From the IMG/VR virus record IMGVR_UViG_3300020048_000090: a stretch of DNA of 20,000 bases. One strand, written 5' to 3'. Source of the DNA: an uncultured virus (IMG/VR IMGVR_UViG_3300020048_000090). Its lineage: Duplodnaviria; Heunggongvirae; Uroviricota; Caudoviricetes. Positions within the stretch are counted from its first letter, which is position 1. Each line of letters opens with the position of its first letter. Shown here piece after piece: positions 6,591 through 13,166 of this stretch. Under the pieces are notes generated by a model. It was not told the origin of the DNA. It was given only the letters and a program-made list of their open reading frames with translations, and did not search any database. A program made the translations under genes and the position numbers.

Positions 6591-6963
6591 TACTATCTCC
6601 TTTAGAGAATGTTTTAGTAACAATTAATTCTTCTGTTTCTATGCAGTTAAGGTGGTATGCAGTATTGATCCAATCATTACATTCATTACCACTTAAAATG
6701 TATGTCCAACCTACCCATGTACCATCTGGTAGCTTATCCCCTAAAGATTCAATAACATCTTTGTAATTCTTGTATACAGGTATATTAGTACTTCTGGAAT
6801 AGTCTAATACATCTTCTTTAGCATCTAGATATTCTTTTGAGTTAATTAACTCATCTGGATACATACTATCTATATCTTCTAAAGGATACTTATGTTGTTC
6901 TAGGTTATTCCACAACCTATACTTTGATACTATTAACCATTTTACTTTCTGTGATGGTGTCAT
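6583..6963 (-). CDS. phage hypothetical protein
   Basis: Track ORF to 6996; the GGAG RBS supports a start at 6963. Contains an LPDGTWVGWTY motif. Confidence 0.7.
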   Translation of the reverse strand: MTPSQKVKWLIVSKYRLWNNLEQHKYPLEDIDSMYPDELINSKEYLDAKEDVLDYSRSTNIPVYKNYKDVIESLGDKLPDGTWVGWTYILSGNECNDWINTAYHLNCIETEELIVTKTFSKGDSNE

Positions 6964-7033
6964 TATGTTCTCCAAAGTTGATAAAAACATCTCCATGATA
7001 TTTATTGTTGTATCTTTTATTCTTCTTTTTTCA

Positions 7034-7055
7034 ATCGCGAGACAGCCGGAGGCTG
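7034..7055 (-). promoter_or_regulatory. candidate N4 vRNAP-type hairpin promoter (template on + strand)
   Basis: atcgcgaga-CAGCC-GGA-GGCTG: 5-bp stem with a C-GGA-G triloop. Shares ATCGnnAGAnAGCC-GNA-GGCT with 1602-1623. Confidence 0.5.
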
Positions 7056-7112
7056 CTTAGTCTATAATGAAAACACGATCTTTTTCAAAGATAGAGTTTA
7101 TATTTAGGAACT

Positions 7113-7156
7113 AAAAAAAGAACAAAAGATACCCAATAAAGGATATCTTCTGTTCT
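7113..7156 (-). terminator. intrinsic terminator after RNAP II subunit 2
   Basis: Inverted repeat agaacaaaagatacc...ggatatcttctgttct followed on the minus strand by a T7 run. Confidence 0.7.
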
Positions 7157-7160
7157 AGTT

Positions 7161-8123
7161 TTAGCTCAGCATATACTCAGATTCTAGAATATCTTGATAC
7201 AGTTCAGGATGTGTATAGGATAGTTCTATACGTTGTCCTGTTAGTTGTTCAACAATGTCTTCCAATAAATTACTAGCAGCTATTTCAGCTACTATATCCC
7301 TATAGAAGATACGAATCTGATTCATATACTTTGGATGAGTCCAGAAGCTATCATGGATATGAGCTAATTGAAATCCTGCTTTATTAGCTCTTCTAACCAT
7401 TTCTCTAGATACATAAGCATCAACAGAATGTACTACGTTAGCTAGTAGTGAAGTACTATTCTCATCAGTACCAATATCTTTCCAACGATAGGTAAATGAT
7501 GTACCAAATACCTCAATACGTTTCATCTTATGGATCATGGTTGGTAGTATAACTACATGACCATCTGGCAATGTGAAACTATGTGCTAGTGCATCACTAT
7601 CCCAGCATTGCTTCAATAGACCACCTATCTCACCTAATATAGGTACAGTCTTCTCTACTGCATACAAGAATGCTTTAAGCTCAGGAGTACCTTCACCAAA
7701 TGTCTCTTTAGGAGCTTTAATACTCCCATACATCATAGCTACTAAAGCAGGTTTAACATCATCTCTAGAGACATTAACTGTCTTGATTTGATCCATAATA
7801 TTAGTATAGAGATCTTCTCTCTTACCAGTATTAATGAGATTACAAGTCTTAGCAGATATTCCACACTTACCTAGAGCAGCCATGATTTGAATACCTGATG
7901 CTGATGCATCTAAAGCCATGATATAACCAGATTTCCTAGGATTCCTATACATATCTAATGCTTTGATATATAGGTATTTAGTCTTACCTTCAGGTACTAG
8001 ACTCTCTAGCTGGTGATCATTGTCTTTCACCCATTGGATTCTCTCATCCCAAGTAAGCTTATCATTGCCTGCATGATTAGCGAGATCAATGGCTAGCCAA
8101 GTATAACTGTTGAATTGTTGCAT
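7161..8123 (-). CDS. heterodimeric T7-like RNA polymerase II, catalytic subunit (N4 gp16/RNAP2-like)
   Basis: Motif A LDASASGIQI, motif B RDDVKPALVAMMYGS (Rx3Kx7YG), NVVHSVDA, motif C IHDSF; N-terminal DKLTWDERIQWV. Confidence 0.93.
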   Translation of the reverse strand: MQQFNSYTWLAIDLANHAGNDKLTWDERIQWVKDNDHQLESLVPEGKTKYLYIKALDMYRNPRKSGYIMALDASASGIQIMAALGKCGISAKTCNLINTGKREDLYTNIMDQIKTVNVSRDDVKPALVAMMYGSIKAPKETFGEGTPELKAFLYAVEKTVPILGEIGGLLKQCWDSDALAHSFTLPDGHVVILPTMIHKMKRIEVFGTSFTYRWKDIGTDENSTSLLANVVHSVDAYVSREMVRRANKAGFQLAHIHDSFWTHPKYMNQIRIFYRDIVAEIAASNLLEDIVEQLTGQRIELSYTHPELYQDILESEYMLS

Positions 8124-8125
8124 GA

Positions 8126-8266
8126 TTAATCCTCTATGTATTGATTCAATCCATATTCAGCATTATTAGGTGGTTCATTACATTCACAGTAGAAGAACTC
8201 ATCAAATGATGCATCTAAGAAGTCTTCACTCCAAGGGAAGTAATACTGTTCGTTGATAAATTCCAT
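8126..8266 (-). CDS. small acidic hypothetical protein (46 aa, MEFINEQYYFPW...)
   Basis: Hand-translated; GGAG RBS; ends 2 nt before the RNAP2 start. Confidence 0.55.
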   Translation of the reverse strand: MEFINEQYYFPWSEDFLDASFDEFFYCECNEPPNNAEYGLNQYIED

Positions 8267-8346
8267 GATAACAATCTCCATAAGAATGCTTCTACAAGCC
8301 TCTTAGAGGCCTATAGAAGCGATTTAAATCAATTGGGAATACTAGA

Positions 8347-8694
8347 CTAGTAAGGAACTACATAAACCGTTAAATCATACTGTTTGGCTAAGTTAATCAT
8401 GTGTCTTGTACCATTGGATTGACCATCCCAGAATATCAAAGCATGAGTAGCTACATTAGCCATGCTTTCATTGCGTTTATAACCAGCAGACTTACCATAC
8501 TTATCCCAATTAGCAGGCATACGAATTAGCTTCAAGCCATACTCTTGAGCCAATACTTCTCCTAGCCTATCAGCACCTCTAGCTGTGCCTGAGATAATGG
8601 TTATATCTTTACTGTTAATGTATTTATCAAATGATTCTTTCATCAATTGATAGTCATTGAACTCTCTACCACCTGCAATAATCAGTTTCATCAT
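8347..8694 (-). CDS. DUF2493 / YspA-like SLOG-family protein
   Basis: LIIAGGREF, IISGTARGADRLG, PANW..YGKSAGYKRN..MA and FWDGQSNGT motifs. Confidence 0.85.
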   Translation of the reverse strand: MMKLIIAGGREFNDYQLMKESFDKYINSKDITIISGTARGADRLGEVLAQEYGLKLIRMPANWDKYGKSAGYKRNESMANVATHALIFWDGQSNGTRHMINLAKQYDLTVYVVPY

Positions 8695-9506
8695 AGCTCT
8701 CCAGTAATATCTTCTTCATCATTAAAGTCTAACAATGCCTTGTTGTATCCATCTGACTGTAGATTGATATGATACCCTAAGGAATACATCCTGCCTCTCT
8801 TGTCAAATTGCCATATAAACCATAGTGGTATATCAGCATATTTGGCATATGTATCTTTACTATCATCTACAAACTTCCTGAATTGCTTATGGCTATCAGG
8901 ACTCTTGAATTCTTTATTTGGTTGATGCTCTTGTTCTAGAATCAGTGGATTGAGTTTCCACTTAATCTCTTGAAGCATATTTAGGACATCTAAAGCTTGT
9001 GGCTTATCATGCCTATTATGCATTGAACCTAATACACAATGTAGTGGTGTATCGTAGTAACCACCATCATCATTTGCTTGCCATTTCTTTGGTTCTACTA
9101 ACATAGGTGGAGCGTAATTACGAAGAGCTATATATTCATATGTGCTTGATTCCAATATATAATTGGATTCAATCATGATATGTTCACCTAACACTGCTTC
9201 ATAATGTAACCCTTCACAAGCTTGGATTACATCACTAGCATTAGCTAGCTGTTCTTCATAGCTACATTTAGATAACTTAGTAGCTAATTTACCTAATAAC
9301 TCTTGTATCTGTTGATTGAATCCAACAGTATTAAACAAGAGTTGTCTAGCTACTTCAGATGATTCATTGAGCTTAGCAAGTCTTGTATTCTTGCTATCCC
9401 ACCATTGAGTACTCTTAAGAGTATCAATAGCTTGGATCATAGAATCCAATGATATGTCTTTACATTCTTGATGTAGCTTAAGCTCTAGTAGATCTACATA
9501 ATCCAT
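8691..9506 (-). CDS. heterodimeric RNA polymerase II, subunit 1 (N4 gp15/RNAP1-like)
   Basis: PPMLVEP, GGYY and DKRGRMYSLGYHINLQ (DxRGRxY) motifs; ~270 aa; lies upstream of RNAP2. Confidence 0.92.
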   Translation of the reverse strand: MDYVDLLELKLHQECKDISLDSMIQAIDTLKSTQWWDSKNTRLAKLNESSEVARQLLFNTVGFNQQIQELLGKLATKLSKCSYEEQLANASDVIQACEGLHYEAVLGEHIMIESNYILESSTYEYIALRNYAPPMLVEPKKWQANDDGGYYDTPLHCVLGSMHNRHDKPQALDVLNMLQEIKWKLNPLILEQEHQPNKEFKSPDSHKQFRKFVDDSKDTYAKYADIPLWFIWQFDKRGRMYSLGYHINLQSDGYNKALLDFNDEEDITGEL

Positions 9507-9522
9507 GATTGTTCTCCAGTGA

Positions 9523-9549
9523 TAGACAGTTTAGTGACTTGTCTAGGTC
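9523..9549 (-). promoter_or_regulatory. predicted compact H-type pseudoknot just upstream of the RNAP1 RBS
   Basis: Minus strand GAC-C-TAGACA-A-GTC-ACTAAAC-TGTCTA (S1 3 bp, S2 6 bp). Confidence 0.55.
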
Positions 9550-9558
9550 TGACTAGTA

Positions 9559-9831
9559 TTACTGCTGAGGTACTACTGGTGCTGGTAGTGCTACAGGTTC
9601 CTGTAGCTTCTTCAACTTGCTGTCATTCTTAAGTTGCTCTTCTTCAACCCATTGAGTTACACCAGCATGTGCTACCTGCATACTCTCCTCAAACATTTCT
9701 GCTGCGTGAAGAGTTCCTCTTGATACCGTTTGCCCTGTTTGAGCGAACATGAGGATGGTATTAACCAATGCATTCCAGATTAATTTGATACCAGTGAAAA
9801 ATCCTACTTTCTCTTGTACTTCGTATTGCAT
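9559..9831 (-). CDS. amphipathic helical early protein (possibly N4 gp1-like)
   Basis: The GGAG RBS supports a start at 9831 (MQYEVQEKVGFF...); similar in layout to 12744..12941. Confidence 0.65.
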   Translation of the reverse strand: MQYEVQEKVGFFTGIKLIWNALVNTILMFAQTGQTVSRGTLHAAEMFEESMQVAHAGVTQWVEEEQLKNDSKLKKLQEPVALPAPVVPQQ

Positions 9832-9985
9832 TTTATATCTCCAGTAAGGTACGGATTTGTACCAATAAACAAAACAGGAGCAGATAAACAAGTAGAAGAG
9901 AGGGAAAGGAGAGAAGGTGTGCCATACTATCTTTTCCTATAACCTTTAAACCTCCATATACCCGTAGGTATACAGAGGCTTATTG

Positions 9986-10135
9986 TTATAGTTGATCAAG
10001 CTTATCCAATAGACAATCATATTCATATTTGTCTATTAAACCGCTTTCTAAAGACCAACGCATTGCATCTATTAGCTCTTCATTGGATATAATTTCATAC
10101 CCAATCAGATCCATAAAATCACTGATTGTGTCCAT
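9986..10135 (-). CDS. small acidic hypothetical protein (49 aa, MDTISDFMDL...)
   Basis: Hand-translated; GGAG RBS. Confidence 0.55.
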   Translation of the reverse strand: MDTISDFMDLIGYEIISNEELIDAMRWSLESGLIDKYEYDCLLDKLDQL

Positions 10136-10277
10136 GATAGTGTTCTCCAAGCAGTACTAATAAAACCATAATGATATATGGCACGAATAGGCTAAGTACT
10201 ACGCTGCCTAAGTTCATTCCAACGAATAGCGTGGCTATTGATAACAATAAACCAATTACCATTATTAAATAGAACAT
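10119..10277 (-). CDS. small two-TM membrane protein (52 aa)
   Basis: MFYLIMVIGLLLSIATLFVGMNLGSVVLSLFVPYIIMVLLVLLGEHYHGHNQ; GGAG RBS. Confidence 0.6.
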   Translation of the reverse strand: MFYLIMVIGLLLSIATLFVGMNLGSVVLSLFVPYIIMVLLVLLGEHYHGHNQ

Positions 10278-10350
10278 AATGTTCTCCAATAGCTCTAGAA
10301 GCCTCTATAAGGCCTCTAGAATCGTTTTAAACAGCATAAGGTAGGCTACC

Positions 10351-10515
10351 CTATGCTCCAATGACTTCTATCGCTCTATAGCGATAATCTTCGTACTCAT
10401 CGCTTTTCTCATCAGATTCTTTCTTAGCTTCTTTTTCAGAAGCATGAATAGATATTAAAGTCCATCCATAGTAAGGATCATCAGATGCTCTCTCAACTAC
10501 ATATACAATTTTCAT
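10351..10515 (-). CDS. small hypothetical protein (54 aa, MKIVYVVERASDD...)
   Basis: Hand-translated; AAGGA RBS. Confidence 0.6.
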   Translation of the reverse strand: MKIVYVVERASDDPYYGWTLISIHASEKEAKKESDEKSDEYEDYRYRAIEVIGA

Positions 10516-10567
10516 TTGTTTATCCTTTATAGCCCTATACCCGAAGGTATAGAGCTATGGTTAGTGA

Positions 10568-10822
10568 TTAGAATGCAATATCATCTTCAGTTTGATTTCC
10601 TGCAATCCAAACTGTCCCTGTGACAACACCTTCTTTTATAAGACGATTGAATAGTTCAATATCTTTTAAGAATTTATTGTCTAAAGCTCTGTCTGCATAC
10701 AATGGTATGCCAACTTTGAAACTATGTTTCTTATTGTTTTTATCAACAATATGAATATTGATGTAACCATCAGCAAGTTTACGATTGCTAGAAGATGTGG
10801 TATTGCTTTCAACTGTACGCAT
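10568..10822 (-). CDS. N4 gp2 / Drc-like ssDNA-binding RNAP II cofactor
   Basis: Start 10822 (GGAG RBS). S/T/N-rich N-terminus, then KLADGYINIHIVDKNNKKH...GIPL and an acidic-aromatic C-terminus (DDIAF), as recalled for gp2-family proteins. Lies upstream of RNAP II. Confidence 0.65.
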   Translation of the reverse strand: MRTVESNTTSSSNRKLADGYINIHIVDKNNKKHSFKVGIPLYADRALDNKFLKDIELFNRLIKEGVVTGTVWIAGNQTEDDIAF

Positions 10823-11243
10823 GATAAATCTCCAAATAAAATAAAATGAATAAATAAGTGAATAGATAGCACAGCAGGCTATCCAATAGACAAAACCTGA
10901 TAAGTAAGACAACACCCAACTACAACAATCTTATGGAGGAGATGTGTAGTTAGGTATCTAAGGTTATTGAGCAGACTCTCATTTACTGTCTGCTGTTTCG
11001 ACTGCACCTATGAGCATCCGAGCTAGTCTCGTACTAGCTTAAGGCCTGATTCTTTCTTGGTACTACTCGGTTAGGTATCAGGCTACCTATAGTTGGGAAT
11101 AAACATATTTATCTCCATGTATTATCCAATAAACAAAACCTGATGCTTAAGGGATTAAAACTATCCTATCTACTATCTTGTGTGATTTTGAATAGATAAG
11201 TGGATAGATAACCACCATCCATAAGGACAGTGGTTATCTATTT

Positions 11244-11498
11244 TTACCACTTTGCTCGCTTTTCTACTAACCTACGAGCAATTCCCATAGGAGTCCAGTG
11301 ACTCCGATGGCTAGTAGCCATCACTGTCAACGTCTCATGTGCTACTGCTAGGATGCTTTCCACGCATCCCCAATATGCCACATTCCTCAAATGACCCTGT
11401 GGAAGCTGGGCTAACTGCTCCCAAGCTTGTAATACATAGCCAATCTGCTGCATTGGTGAACCAGCTATTGTTGCTTCTAACTTCATATTTACATACAT
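11244..11498 (-). CDS. early hypothetical protein
   Basis: The GGAG RBS supports a start at 11498 (MYVNMKLE). Confidence 0.6.
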   Translation of the reverse strand: MYVNMKLEATIAGSPMQQIGYVLQAWEQLAQLPQGHLRNVAYWGCVESILAVAHETLTVMATSHRSHWTPMGIARRLVEKRAKW

Positions 11499-11514
11499 AA
11501 TAGTCTCCAAGTTG

Positions 11515-11721
11515 TTAATAGCAGTTACCGCTGTAATGGTAACCATCATGGAATTGCAGAGTGAATGTGGACTCATCTGGGAAGATTACCTTCCCATAGT
11601 CAGGACTCATACAAAGGAACTTGTTTCTGTAGTCCACAGTTCCTCCTGCTTTCTTAATGGCTTCTATAGCCATTAAGTTGTTGCTTGGTAATGCTAAACT
11701 AAATTCCTGTGCTTGTGACAT
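11515..11721 (-). CDS. early hypothetical protein
   Basis: The AGGAG RBS supports a start at 11721 (MSQAQEF); downstream of the promoter motif at 11768. Confidence 0.65.
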   Translation of the reverse strand: MSQAQEFSLALPSNNLMAIEAIKKAGGTVDYRNKFLCMSPDYGKVIFPDESTFTLQFHDGYHYSGNCY

Positions 11722-11795
11722 GGTATTTCTCCTGAAATTAAATAAGTTGAGATAGGCTATCCCAACACCAATAGACAAAACCTGTCTATCATAAG

Positions 11796-11835
11796 AATAA
11801 AAAGGAATAGATAAAGGGACAATGTCCCTATATCT
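11796..11835 (-). terminator. intrinsic terminator, near-duplicate of 12063-12108
   Basis: agataaagggac-aat-gtccctatatct hairpin followed by a minus-strand T-rich tail. Confidence 0.65.
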
Positions 11836-11836
11836 G

Positions 11837-12016
11837 TTAAGGCATGATTGTTGCAATCATTACCTTCTGGTTTAACAATTCTGTTTCTCTTTTGAGAAAC
11901 AAAGTGAAGTCGTAGTACAACTCACTATACCGCTTGTTAGTACCTTCCTCCCACCATATTATTTCATATGGTTGTGGGTATTGTTTTAGTTTTTGAATCA
12001 GTTGAGCTATCGTCAT
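11837..12016 (-). CDS. early hypothetical protein (59 aa, MTIAQLIQKLKQYP...)
   Basis: Hand-translated; GGAG RBS; MTxxQLIxKLxxYP N-terminus common in phage small proteins. Confidence 0.65.
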   Translation of the reverse strand: MTIAQLIQKLKQYPQPYEIIWWEEGTNKRYSELYYDFTLFLKRETELLNQKVMIATIMP

Positions 12017-12062
12017 GATAGTCTCCAGTAACTGGCAGGATTGCCAATAGACAAAACCTGCT

Positions 12063-12108
12063 AAATAAAAAAAGAAAATAGATAAAGGGACAAAGTCCCT
12101 TATCTATT
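12063..12108 (-). terminator. intrinsic terminator
   Basis: aatagataaagggac-aaa-gtcccttatctatt hairpin plus a minus-strand T-tract. Confidence 0.7.
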
Positions 12109-12253
12109 ACTTCACTGCAAATACAGCAAATACAGCATTGGGATATAATTCCAATACTGATTGCTGAAAACCCGTTAAGGGTTCAAGACAACTGAAGAAG
12201 AGGCTAAAAGCCTCCTCATCTTTTTGATCCAAAGACCAAATAAGTTCATACAT
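12107..12253 (-). CDS. early hypothetical protein (48 aa, MYELIWSLDQ...)
   Basis: Hand-translated; AAGGAG RBS; downstream of the promoter motif at 12282. Confidence 0.6.
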   Translation of the reverse strand: MYELIWSLDQKDEEAFSLFFSCLEPLTGFQQSVLELYPNAVFAVFAVK

Positions 12254-12299
12254 GATGAACTCCTTGTAGCAGGCAACATTGCCAATAGACAGAACCTGA

Positions 12300-12710
12300 A
12301 GCTATAAGAGATATATAAGGTTAGCTAGCTATATTGTTGTTTATTATTAAACATAGTTAATACAACTAAACATATCTAAATAGTGTTAATAACAGTTAAA
12401 CATACATTAAACATACTTAACATAGCTATACATAGCTATAGATATATTAACCTGTTTAATATATCTTAATATATCTTTATAGCTTAATAGTACTTATAGT
12501 AGCTATGTACTCTTTATAAGATATTGTAAGATAGTACTTGACAGATACATCTTATTACATATATAATAGAGATGTAGCCCAGAAAGAAAGATTATACTAA
12601 TATAATCATATAGTTATAGTAATAAGAGCTACATATCTGTTATACCTCTCTCTATCTTGTCTGTCTCTCTGTTGTGTGTTTGTGTGTTGTTGTGTGCTTT
12701 AGTGTGCTAA
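12300..12710. repeat. non-coding AT-rich low-complexity region with short direct repeats
   Basis: Repeated (t/c)taaacata, tandem catagctata and a GT-rich tract gttgtgtgtttgtgtgttgttgtgtg; no ORF in the track. Confidence 0.7.
12538..12567 (+). promoter_or_regulatory. consensus sigma70-type promoter
   Basis: TTGACA (12538-12543), 18-nt spacer, TATAAT (12562-12567). Confidence 0.6.
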
Positions 12711-12743
12711 AGCCTTATAGGACTCCAACAGGAGTCCTATAGG

Positions 12744-12941
12744 TTACTTCTTCTGCTCTGGTGGTTCTGGTAGAGCCTTGAATTTGTTTAAGTTACGTTC
12801 TTGTTCCTCCCGGAACTCTTGGGCATTGACATGAACGCCTTTGGCGTACTCTTCTGCTGTTTCGTTGATCTCAGCGAATGCTGAGAACAGTGCGACGATT
12901 GCTCGTTTCGCACTGCTAAAGATGCCACGATCGTGGGACAT
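12744..12941 (-). CDS. first early gene, amphipathic helical protein (possibly N4 gp1-like)
   Basis: AAGGAG RBS; followed by a strong hairpin at 12713-12743; degenerate promoter motif at 12981. Confidence 0.7.
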   Translation of the reverse strand: MSHDRGIFSSAKRAIVALFSAFAEINETAEEYAKGVHVNAQEFREEQERNLNKFKALPEPPEQKK

Positions 12942-13166
12942 GATAATCTCCTTAGGAGTTGTAGCACTGAGGCCTCAGTACCATTAAACAGAACGTATAA
13001 CGATCTTTTTATATAGCTTGATAGGGGGGGATACCAAGATATAGGAATTAACATGTGTAAGTACTTGGTTGATACCAAATTATGAATTTTCCACCAAGAT
13101 TTCAACTTTTAGTTGACTAAATAAGCTAACATAGTCTATATACTATCTATTTACATAGGAGCTGAA

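Larger units (their letters stand above)
9862..12298 (-). promoter_or_regulatory. six copies of a 17-bp phage promoter-like motif CAGGTTTTGT(C/T)TATTGG (+ strand starts 9862, 10883, 11126, 11768, 12044, 12282; degenerate copy at 12981)
   Basis: The + strand reads CCAATARACA(A/G)AACCTG; the 9862 copy ends ...AACAGG. All copies are intergenic, 20-61 nt upstream of an RBS-bearing ATG. Confidence 0.8.

Noticed and set aside
10006..10020. Partial promoter motif ccaatagacaatc
   Set aside because: It lies inside the small ORF 9986..10135 and lacks the AACCTG half.
10955..11045. Possible hammerhead ribozyme on the minus strand (GA-GACT...AGTC-GAAAC plus an adjacent stem)
   Set aside because: There is no CUGANGA core in the right place (CTAGTACGA or CGGATGC instead) and no NUH cleavage triplet after the stem III-like helix.
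9862..12298. CRISPR-like array formed by the 17-bp repeats
   Set aside because: Spacing is irregular (about 240-1020 nt), the intervals contain RBS-bearing ORFs, and no cas genes are present.
13113..13144. Sigma70 promoter for the gp69-like gene (TTGACT...TATATA/TATACT)
   Set aside because: Plausible for N4-type late transcription, but the spacing (18 or 20 nt) and -10 match are ambiguous in AT-rich DNA, so it is not called.
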